DNA of 64,000 nucleotides from Hypanus sabinus (taxonomy: Eukaryota), in assembly GCF_030144855.1 (NCBI RefSeq), contig NC_082716.1, forward strand, positions 22,010,001 to 22,074,000, read 5' to 3'. Below, piece by piece: positions 38,670 to 49,500 of the stretch. The notes under the pieces are model-generated. The model did not search any database and was not told the origin of the DNA. It saw only the letters and a program-made list of their open reading frames with translations. A program made the position numbers and the translations under genes. Position 1 is the first letter of the stretch, and the number at the start of each line of letters is the position of its first letter.

Positions 38670-39177
38670 GACATACAGAAACATCCACGCACACGAGCAT
38701 GCACACATATGCACAGACAGATGCACAATACACACACACACAGTATGTACATGCAAACACATGCATATGTGCACACAGATGTGCAATGCACACACACACA
38801 CATTATGCATACACAGATGCATAATGCGCATACACACTGTGGTAAACTACGTATACCTGTCTGGACACGCCCCTCTGCTGACTGCTCCTGTGGCTCCTCC
38901 CACAGATCCCTGTATAAAGGGAATTGGAGGCACTGCTCCTCCCTCAGTCTCCGAGATGCCGTGCTCCTTTTTGCACCTAATAAAAGCCCATCGTTCACCT
39001 CCCGTCTCTGAGAGTTATTGATGGTGCATCGCACACGCAGAAACATACACACACTTGCACAGAGATGCATAATGCATACATACACACACACAACATACAG
39101 ATGGACACACATACATAAGCATGCATGCAGAAACACAGAAACATACCATACATACATATGTGCACATATACACACAA
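38670..39177. repeat. Degenerate (CA/TA/TG)n low-complexity repeat
   Basis: Runs of CACACA, CATGCA, CATATG; source of the spurious MCV/HT-rich ORFs. Confidence 0.9.
38838..39031 (+). mobile_element. Short solo LTR (194 bp) inserted in a CA-rich repeat
   Basis: TGTGGT...GGTGCATCG (CA>CG end); 5-bp TSD CACAC; internal TATAAAG and AATAAA. Confidence 0.75.
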
Positions 39178-39555
39178 CGGTCAGGATGGGTAAAAAGTTT
39201 CTTCACTCAGGCCATTAGGCTTCTGAACACCCTGCCGCATCTGTTCTTACAATATTTAATTTATGCACTTCGTTTATTTATGCAAAATTCATTTGTAGAT
39301 TTCATCCTTACTTTCCTAAGTTATTGTGTGTTATGTGTACTGCTATGCCTTATATTGTTTCAGAGAAATGTTGCTTCTTTTGACAGTATACGTGTGTACA
39401 CTGTATAAATAGCAATAAACTTGACTTGTCTGAGATGCGCACACACACACACCCCTGCCTCCTTGCACTGGCCCCTGCAGATGGACACACACTCACTCAG
39501 GTCTGCTTCATTGCATCGTTCATTTGGAAGCGGTCTCACAGAACGCGGTCAGTAC

Positions 39556-39745
39556 CTGCGGTGGAGGAAGGCCTCCGGCCGCTGGGGGGCAGTCAGGAAG
39601 CATGATGAGCCGGTTTTTCGTGCTGCACTGGCATGGTGGCGAAGGGTTGCTTTTGGAATAAAAAGGGGATTTCAGCAGGTTGACAACCGTGAGGTCAGCT
39701 CGAGGGGTTTCCCAGTTGCTGGAGTGGTTACTGCAGGGGTAGCTC
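39556..39745 (-). CDS. ABCA4: ABCA4-like exon 30 (ECD2, cysteine-rich)
   Basis: 190 bp, ACAG/GTACT; SYPCSNHSSNWETPRADLTVVNLLKSPFYSKSNPSPPCQCSTKNRLIMLPDCPPAAGGLPPPQ. Confidence 0.93.
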
Positions 39746-39906
39746 CTGTTTCAAAATAACACAAAAGTGTTGTTGGTAGATGGACACTGAATGTTAAGGC
39801 AGGATATATAAACTATGGCATTCAGAACCGGGACTGAAGCAGGTCATCAGAAAGCAATGCTAATTTCACCTAAAGTGAGTAGGTGGTAGGAAGTAATCAG
39901 TCTTAC

Positions 39907-40005
39907 TCGATGGGGTTGTCCTTCATACACCGAGTCCCAAATCCAGGCTTGTTCACCAGGACCTCTGTCATCGGGCTCAGCTTCTTATCAGACGGGAATT
40001 CATTG
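39907..40005 (-). CDS. ABCA4: ABCA4-like exon 29
   Basis: 99 bp, ACAG/GTAAG; NEFPSDKKLSPMTEVLVNKPGFGTRCMKDNPI(E). Confidence 0.93.
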
Positions 40006-40371
40006 CTGTTGAGATGCAGGGAAGGAACAAACATATTACCTAGTGTGCAGATCATGACAATTATTTTGACCAGAGCTACCGCTCTACAGCTTCATCTTAA
40101 AATAATACCAGCATTTAATGTAAAAAGCATTTTGTGAACAGGGGGATATCCAGATATGGTTTGTACTTAATATTCACTGGTACATCTGGTTTGTGCAGAA
40201 CTTTTATAGAGAACTGCTTCTAATGCTCTTATTTACAAATAAACTGATCCTTTTTCACAGCACAATGGTGCACAGCTACTCAAGACATGTTGATCATCAG
40301 GAATCTGTGTATGCTGTGGTCGTTTGTGTTAGAACGACCACGCTAAATAATTTTTACTCTCAGATTCCAAA

Positions 40372-40917
40372 CACTCAGTGGCCACTTTTTTAGGTACACC
40401 TGCTCGTTATTGCAAATATGTAATCAGCCAATCATGAGACAGGGGCTCAATGCATAAAACATGTACACGTGGTCAAGAGGTTTGATCTGAACAGCAACTG
40501 AACATCAGAATGGGGAAGAAATGTGATCTAGGTGACTTTGACCATGGGAATGACTATTGGTGCCAGATGGGGTGGTTTGAGTATCTCAGAAACAGCTGAT
40601 CTCCTGGGATTTTCATTAGAGTTTACAGAGGACAGTGTGAAAAACATTTTAAAAAATCCAGTGAGCGACAGTTCTTTGGGCGAAGTGCATTGTTGATGAG
40701 AGAAGTCAGAGAAGAATGGCCAGATAGCAGGAAGGCAACAGTAACTCAAATGACCGTGTATTTCAACAGAGGGGTGCAGAAGAGCATCTCCTGAATGTAC
40801 AACAAGTTGAACCTCGAAGTGAATGGGCCACAGCAGCAGAAGACCATAAAAACACACTCTGGAGGTACCACTTCATTTTGTACCATGGGAGATAACAAAT
40901 GAAGTGGCCACTGTGTG
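40372..40917 (+). mobile_element. Tc1-derived non-autonomous element (partial copies at ~18447-18550 and ~62130-62402 minus)
   Basis: TIRs CACTCAGTGGCCACTT / AAGTGGCCACTGTGTG+TA; transposase N-terminal relic MGKKCDL..GLSISETADLLGFS. Confidence 0.8.
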
Positions 40918-42584
40918 TAAACCATGGCAACTTTCATTAGTTCATTCACAGGATGTGGTTGTCACTTGGCAGACGAGCATTGATTCTTTTTTTATTTATT
41001 GAGATGCAGCACGGAGTAGGCCTTTCCGGCCCTTTGAGCCTCGCCACCCGACAACTGCATGATAGAATCCTAGCCTAGTCACGGACAACTGATAATGACC
41101 AACTAACCCAACCAACCAAACCGGCTTTGGACTGTGAGAGGAAACTGGAGTACCCAAAGGAAACTCATGTGGTCTCAGGGAGATTCATTACGGGCAGTGG
41201 AGGGAATTGAACCCAGGTCACCTGTACTGTAAAGCGCCTTACTAACCACTAAAACACCAATCTCTGAAGTACGTATCTGCACCATGTTGCAAATTCCTAG
41301 CATGAATAAAGTACCTGCTAATCACAAAAGCATGGAAATTGTGAAAATCTTATTTATATTTTATGAAATACATTTTTAATTTAAATATGTAACTAATTAT
41401 CTCAATTATAAAAGAATTAAAGATGATTTTGTAAAGATTATGTTGAAATGGGCTAGAGGACATACAGTGGTGCTGCAGAAATCATTACCATCATCATTAT
41501 GTGCCGTGATGTATGACATCATCACTATGTGCCGTGTCCTATGATGTGGGCGATCATGGTCTCATGACCATGACTGTTCTTGGCAAATTTTTTTTTACAG
41601 AAGTGGTTTGCCATTGTTTTCTTCTGGGCAGTGTCTTTACAAGACGGGTGACACCAGCCATTGTCAATACTCTTCAGAGATTGTCTGCCGGGCATCAATG
41701 GTCACATATCCAGGACATGATATGCACCAGCTGCACATTTGACCATCCCCCACCTGCTTCATGTGCCCCTGATCTGGGTGGAGGAGGTGATAAGCAGGTG
41801 CTACACCTTGCCCAAGGGTGACCTACGGGCTAGCAGAGCGAAGGAGCCCCTTACACCTCCTTTGGTAGAGATATTCAGTATCTCCACCCTGACACCCAAA
41901 AAGACTTGCTTTTGTACGGCTTCTTCCATATCATCAGGGTTTCCCTAGAGCTTCGCAGGTTGTAAAGTGCATTCCCAGCCACAGCTTTTGTGGTAATGGT
42001 TAACAAAATGCTACTATATTGCCAGCGGCCAGGTTCAATTCCACCGCTGCGTGTAAGGAGTATTACACTCTGTCCCATGAGCACGTGCACTTCCTCCCAC
42101 ATTCCAAAGTAGGTAAGTTGGTCATCTGGGTGTTAATGGGCAGGGCAGGATCGTTAGGCCGGAAGGGCCTATCACTATGCTGTATCTCCAAATAAGAATA
42201 AACAAAAAAGTATTACAAGTTTCCACAAACAGAAGAGGAAGAGATCCAGATAATGTGCTCTGGAAGTGTTGGGCCTGCAGAGGATGATGGCCAAGTGTCT
42301 AAAACGTCAGATAGGACAATAGAGATGCAGGACATCTTTTCAGCCTTCCTCAGGTGCTGCTTTCAAAGCCTGGAAGGTCATGAATGCAACACGGTCTATC
42401 TTGAGCAAGGGAACCACTTTGAAGACAAACTGTCATATAAATTAAACAAACAAATCTGACAATTTTATATAAATTAAACTCTGCATAATACTGATTTCTA
42501 GTACTCATTACTGTATATTGTGTAGTATAGCAAACAACACAATAATATGTATTATACTCCAACAGAATGAGGAGTCGAGAGAGG

Positions 42585-43075
42585 GTTAGCCCCTCTGGTG
42601 AAGGGGTTTGTCATGTCCAATCCGGGGCAGCTCACTCACTTTTGGTTCCCTCCGGATACTCAGCTCTCACCTGCAGCTCCAACTGTTCATATGGTACAGC
42701 AGCCACATCCCTGTACACTGCTTTGGCGGGGGGGGGGGGGGGGCCAAACCAGGTGAGGGTAGCCAGTGGGCCTCATACCCCAAAGAGGTAGGGACATGCA
42801 TCTCCCAGCATGCGAAGTCAACCCTGGCACATTGTCAGATGAGATGCAATGGCCAGGAAGGCAGTTCTGGGTTCTGCAACGCTTTGTGGAGAGTGACGGG
42901 CATGACAAGGTTCAAAAGAAGTCATGGTCATCCTCTGCATTGAAGGAAGACCTACTCATACGACTGGAGCTGGGGTTCCACAGTCAAGCGAGTGGAACTG
43001 CTCCAGTGCAATGGGTTTTCCACTTTGAAGACTCTCTTGCGCAGGTTTCACTGTCATCATCGGATACAATAAATA
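42585..43075 (+). repeat. Interspersed repeat of unknown class (inverted partial copy ~52938-53140)
   Basis: Both loci share GCCAAACCAGGTGAGGGTAGC, CTCAGCTCTCACCTG and CTCTGGTGAAGGGG in opposite orientation. Confidence 0.65.
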
Positions 43076-43138
43076 ACAAACCAATCATTCCAACAGAAGG
43101 ACGTCATAATGTGAAATTGTCAAAAGCAGCTGACTTAC

Positions 43139-43263
43139 CTGAAGAAGGTGTATTGTTTACCATACATCCATGGGTGGATCGTTAAACTTTTATACTCTCC
43201 AAATGGAGGGATTATAAGCGAGAAGAAAAGAGCCAAAAGCACAAAGCTGGCAGGAAGAAGAAA
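43139..43263 (-). CDS. ABCA4: ABCA4-like exon 28 (first TM helix of TMD2)
   Basis: 125 bp, ACAG/GTAAG; [41 protein letters not shown](S). Confidence 0.95.
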
Positions 43264-44926
43264 CTGTTAAAAAGAAAGAAGTTTAATTTGTACAGGATGG
43301 GTTCTATACCTGAGTCAACAATAACTCAGCTGAAATTTTATATCCTTGAACCTGCCCTCCACTCTCACTACAAGTTGTCAGGATTTAAAACTGATTATAA
43401 AATAAACACAAATATACAGATGTGAGTGTGGGAAGCACTATTATTTGCTCACTTTCTGAGGCTCATTGTAGCTACTCCAAAAGCAACAGAGCCCCACCAC
43501 TGATGCACATGTCTCTGAGGGATAATTGTCATGGCTTGGGATCAGTTCCAAATACTCCGCCAAATCTGAGAATTTCCTTATTGGCTTAAAATAAAACTTG
43601 CATTTCTATAACCCTGACATTCTTAAGGAGGAAAGGTGGCAGTTCGCACAATGCAGTCCCAAAAATAACTGTGTAATAATGACCTGTTTTCGTGATGTTG
43701 CTCGGAAAGGACAAATATTGGCCAAGACACTTGGCATAATCATGCTGCTCCTTCTGAGACCTGGATCATTTGAGAGACAGTACACCCCAGTATTCTATTA
43801 GAGTGTCAGCGTTGATTTCTGTGTTGATCCCAGAATCTCTTGGTCAAAATCAATTCAGAATATACTGACTGCAGTCAAACTAAAGAAGGTACATTACACA
43901 TACACTTAGATGCAGCAACAGTTAGATAATTTGGGGATCTATGAGTGAATATCAATCTCTGTCAGAATCTGATCGCTTTGAGAAAAGGGTGTATAAACAC
44001 ACTGTTAATCAGTACTGAATTATGCTCATTTTCTTGTTCAGCGGCAAAGCAAAATAAAATGAACATAATTCAGTATTGATTAACAGCTGCAAAAAAAAAA
44101 AAATGTGGAGGAAGAAGTGCCCAGAGCAATGGTTTGTCTTGACAAGGTTTATTAATGATTGGATCTTGAGATTAAAACTGAGTTTTTTTTATTTCTGGTT
44201 GCGTGTAGGAGCATTGCACCGTGTGACAGGGAAGTGTGCGCGTGCGCACACACACATACACACGCACGCACCACAGGTTTAATATTTGCTCTGTAACCAG
44301 TCAAGTGATCTCCGCCAGAACAAGCTGGAGCTGGGGTGGTGGAAAAACCTTCTCACGCTGGAGTATGACCCAGAATTTCTGATGAAAGATGAAAGGAACA
44401 GCGTGGGTTGGTAGAGGCGACAGTGTTTATACTGTATGTCATATGGTGCTTTTGATGGCATCTTTTAATGCTCAAATTTCAGCAAGTTTTGTCAGGAGAG
44501 CAGGAAGTGGGAACTCACAATAAAATAAATAGCATGAGATTCTGCAGATGCTTGAGCAAGATCTTGGTCCAAATCATTAACTGCTTTTTCCTCTCCTTGG
44601 CTGTGGAGGCCAAGTCATTGGATATATTTTAGGCAGAAGTTGATAGATTCTTGATTAGTCAGGACATGAAGGATTACAGGGAGGAGGCAGGAGATTGGAG
44701 CTGAGAAGGGAAACGTATCAGCCATGATGGAATGACAGGACAGAATAGATGGGCCAAATGGCCCAATTCTGCTCCTGTGGTCTAGAACACTTTACTGTGC
44801 AGTTGGAAGCTCCTTCAGTGTTGGTTTGTTCACTCCCACCCCTCTGTTCAATGCTATGTCCAGGTATGAATAAATATTAATCAAAAGACAACTTAAGTCA
44901 GGGAGGCCTGATATTTTTTACTCTAC

Positions 44927-45207
44927 CTGTGCCACGAAATCCTTCTGACTGCGGGTAGCATGGTTCAACCTTTTGATGAACAATGCCTTGAACTGCTGCT
45001 TCAGAAGGTCTGTGCCTTTGATTTGCCTGGAGCCCTTGCCGCCACTCCCTGGTGCTGGCGGCTGGTCGGTGGGGTTGGACGGCACCTCGGCAGGGGCTGG
45101 ACCCGAGCTCTCCACTGCCGGCTGCCCGCTGGCTTTCGCCTCAGAAGCGGATGCAGCGTTCTGCGTGTTCTCCACAGCTTGGCTGTTCTGGGACTGCCCC
45201 CTGGCTG
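44927..45207 (-). CDS. ABCA4: ABCA4-like exon 27 (linker between the two halves)
   Basis: 281 bp, donor GTAGA. The acceptor is a tandem TCAG|CAG (45207 or 45204, both phase 1). ...GSGGKGSRQIKGTDLLKQQFKALFIKRLNHATRSQKDFVAQ. The 5' boundary is less certain. Confidence 0.82.
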
Positions 45208-45609
45208 CTGATTGCATTCAGAAATTAAGACAATATTTAAACCTTTGCACAAAGCACTGGAAATAAGATGGCTCTATTTACAAGATGTGATCTTATTGAG
45301 CAATATAGACCAAAGATGGCTGCTGCCCACGGAAGTGTTCCCGGTGTATAAACCACTCAAACTTATACTCTGGCACCAACACCATCTCTATTCCCACACC
45401 CTGCTCTCTGCATAATTCCTTCATTTAGAAACATAGTGTCTCAGGGCACTGCAACACAGAGATAGGCCATTCAGCCCATCGTCTGTGCTCAATTGTTAAT
45501 ATGCTTACTTCCATCAACCTGCACCTGGACCATAGCCCTCCATACACCTCCCATCCTTGTACTTATCCAAATTTCTCTTAAATGATGAAGTTTAAATGTT
45601 TTCTCTTAA

Positions 45610-46575
45610 AGGCAATGTTCATCTCCAATGTCATATTCAAGTTTGCTGATGACAGGACCGTTGTTGGCTGAATCAAAGGTGGCGATAAACCGGCATATAG
45701 GGGGATTGAAAATCTGGTTGAGTGGTGTCACAAGAATCTCTCATTCAATGTCACCACAACCAAAGAGCTGATTATCGACTTCAGGAGGAGGAAACTGGAG
45801 ATGCCTGAGCCCATCCTCACTGGGGTATCAGAGGTGGAGAGGGTCAGTATCTTTAAATTCTTTGGCATTATCATTTCCGAGGATCTGTCCTGGGACCGGT
45901 ATGGAAAAAGAAAGCACAGCGGTGCTCCTACTTTCTTAGAAGTCTGTGAAGATTTCTCAAAAGATTTGGCATGTCACCTAAAACTTCTATACAGTAGGTG
46001 CGCAGCAGAGAGTATCGTGACTGGTTGCATCATGGCCTGGTATGGACACACCAATGTCAATGAATGGAAAAGCCCACTGATGGATACAGCCCAGTCCCTC
46101 ACAGGCAAGTCCCTCCCCATCGATGAGCTCATCTACAAGGAGCGCTGCACAACGAAGTGGCATTTGTCATTAAGGATCCCCACCATCCAGGCCATGCTCT
46201 CTTCATTCTGCTGCCCTGAGGAAGGAGGTACAGGAGGCATAGGTCCTATACCGTCAGAGTCAGGAACAGTTATTACCCTTCAACCATCAGGTTCCTGAAC
46301 CAGCCTGGATAACCTCACTCACCTCAACAATGAAGTATTCCACAAGCTATGAACTCTACTGCTCACGTTCTCAGTACTAACTGTTTATTTATTTAGTAAT
46401 GGCACGGTTTGTCTTGGTGCCTATTGGTTGCTTGACTATCTTTGTGTATAGCCTTTCATTGACTCTATTGTGCTTATTTGTATCTACTGTGAATGCCCAC
46501 AAGAAAACGAATCTCCGAGTAGTATATGGTGACATATACGTACTTTGATGATAAATTTACTTTGAACTTTGAAAT
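45610..46575 (+). mobile_element. Rex1/Babar LINE 3' fragment inserted in a minus-strand CR1 remnant
   Basis: IFKFADDRTVVG, TKELIIDFRR, ESIVTGCIMAWYG; GATAAATTTACTTTGAACTTTGA tail; CR1 sequence resumes after 46575. Confidence 0.8.
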
Positions 46576-49500
46576 CGAACCATACACCACTTCCACTGTC
46601 AGCTTGTTCCATTCTCGCATCTCCCTCTGAGGGAAGAAGTCTCCTTCAGGTTTCCCTTAAACATTTCACCTTTCACCCTTAACCCAAGACCTCTAGTTCT
46701 AGTCCCACCCAACCTCAGTGGAAAAAAAGCCTGCTGGTATTTACCCTATCTATACCCCTCATACTTTGTACACCTCTGTCATTGCTTTTCCATTGCTCCC
46801 TGAACTCCACCATTGGTAGGAGAGTTTGCAGTGGTCCAGTGACAGTCCACATTTTTTGAACTCCATCACCATGCAGATTTTTAAACACATTTTGAAAACC
46901 TATTAGACTCCCCCCCCCCCTCCGTTCCGGCTCCTCACTGGATGGATTTTCTTTTACACTTTGTGCTATGTAGAGTCATACAGCTCAGAAAGAGGCCCTT
47001 TGGCCCATCTCCTCCCTGCTGACCAAGAGGCTTACCTGAAATCTCCTTTAAGCACCTTCGTCTCACCTTGTTTTTGCTCTCTTGTTTTTGATACCCTTAG
47101 GACGGGAAAGAGATTGACCATCCTCCTGACCTATGCCTCAAAATCTTTTTTTTATTTCTACCAGGTCACCTTGGGCAACGTGGTGGAGATACTGAATGTT
47201 TCTACCAAAGGAGGTGTAAGACACTCCTTCCCTCCGCTAGCCTGCAGGTCACCCTGGGGCAAGGTGTGGCACCTGCTTATCCTCCTGATCAGGGTCACCT
47301 GAAGCCACGGGAGCAGATGGTGGATGGTCATATGAGCAGCCGGAGCAGATCACAAGTCCTGGTTATGCAACAACTGACAGTCACTGAGGAGTATCGATAA
47401 TGGCTGGGGTCACCTGTCTTGTAAAGACACTGCCCAGAAGAAAGCACTTCTGTAGAAAAATTTGCCAAGAACAGGCACAGTCATGGAAAGACCATGATTG
47501 CCCACATCATACGATATCGCACATAACAAACAGGTCAGCTATCAGCTTCCTTCAATCCAGGAAAACAAATCCAGCCTGTCTCATCCTTCCCCGGAATGAA
47601 AGTCCCTCAATCAGGCCACATTCAGGTGGATCTCCTTCTCACTCTCTCCAGTCCAACGTACTATCATGTCTACACAATGTAGTTGGTTGAATTTAAGGAA
47701 CTAGGAACATGGAAATAGGGAACTAGGGAATTTAGAGAACTAGGAAACTCAGGACTACTCCCAGTACACATGGAAACACCTTCAGAAACAGCAGGAGAGA
47801 CCAAATGAGAACATGGCTGGAGGGATACTGCCAATGTGACACTTGGTGACCAGCATCATGGAAGTCAACCTCTCCTCCAAAGACTCTGTCTATACTTCTT
47901 ACTGCATCCAGCATAATCAAAAACCCCTCCCACCCCAAATATTCTCTCTTCTCCCCTCCTCCCATGGGGCAGAAGATACAAAAGCCTGAAATCATGTGCC
48001 ACCAGGCTCAAGGACAGCTTCTATCCTGCAGTTATGACACTTCCGAATGGTTCCCTAGTAAATAAGATGGATGTTTGACCTCATAATCTGTGTCATTATG
48101 ACCTTGCACCTTATTGTCTACCTGCACTGCACTTTCTCTGTACTGTGACGCTTTATTCTGCACTCTGTTATTGTTTTACCTTGTACTAACTCAATGCACT
48201 TTTACAATGAATTGAGAGTAACATACACAAAATGCTGGAGGAACTCAACAGGTCAGGCAGCAACTAGAGAGAAGAATAAACAGTCAACATTTCAGACCAA
48301 AACCCTTCATCAAGACTTGTATACATGACAAGTTTTACACCGTACCTCAGTACACGGGACAATAATGGATTAATTTACCAATGAACTGGGGCAGCTGGGC
48401 TGTGTACAAGTTGGATAGGTTACACCCCAGCAGAAATGGACCAATATCTTGGTGGGGTGGAACAGCGGGCTGTGGGTGAAGGGATTTGCTGGTGCTGTTT
48501 GGGAGTGTTAAAGGCAGCTTGACAAGGAAAAGGGAAGCGATAGGAGGGTCAGGAGAGAGAGAAACAAAACAGGAAGCTGAAGCTGGAAATGTGCTAAGCA
48601 AAATAAAGAGGTCACAGAAACAAAGGCAAGTAAGGTCAGAATAGAGAAACATGTCAAAGGACAAATTTAAAGACACTATAATATAAATGCTTGCTGTATA
48701 TGCAACAAAGTGGACACAAGAATAGTTTAAATGAGTATGATCTAACTCCCATTACAGAGATTCTGTAGCATGGTGTCCAAAGATGGGAACTAAATATTCC
48801 AAGGTATTTGACATTTGGGAAGGGTGGGTGAGAAAAGGAAAGGATGTGGGGTGGGGTGGGGATGGGGGCTAGTGGTGGCACTATTAGTAAGAGATAACAT
48901 CAATCGACAGGGATCTTGCCTCAACACATTGCGGTGTAGAATCAGCAGATGGAGCTGGGTAACTACAGGGGTCATGAAACACTGGTAAGGGTCGATGACA
49001 AGTCTCTGAACAGTAATTGTGTTGTAGAACGATACAAATGAGATTTACATTTAGATTGGCTGTATTTGTCAAGTACATCTAAACATTCCATGAAGGTGCT
49101 GGTTGCGTCAATGACTAACACATTAAGGTTAGGGTTTTATAACCATAATGAGTCCGAGAATGTGCTGGGAGAAGCCTATAGGAGAACATGTTTGGGCACC
49201 AGTATAGCATGTCTGCAACTTGTTAACCCTAGCCCGCACATCTTTGGAATGTGGGAGGAAACCAGAGCACCGGGAGAAGACCCATAAGATCACAGGGAGA
49301 ATGTGTAATACAAACCTCTCATAGACAGCAGTGGGAATTGAACACTAATCTCTGGCACCATACAACATATTCACAGGTACGTGGAAAGGAAATAGTACCA
49401 AAAATTTAGTCTACGTGTAGTCTGAACAAGGCAGGTTAGGACATTTGAAGGACAAATTGATGGACTGAATAAGAGATGGGCTTCTGGATAAAGAGGTTGA

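Noticed and set aside
38614-39218. Cys/Val/His-rich ORFs of up to 174 aa
   Set aside because: Translations of a CA/TG low-complexity repeat plus a solo LTR.
47180-47400. HDV-like ribozyme in the 5' part of the RTE-tailed SINE
   Set aside because: Plausible for RTE relatives, but I could not assign P1-P4 and the catalytic C by eye; it needs a descriptor search.
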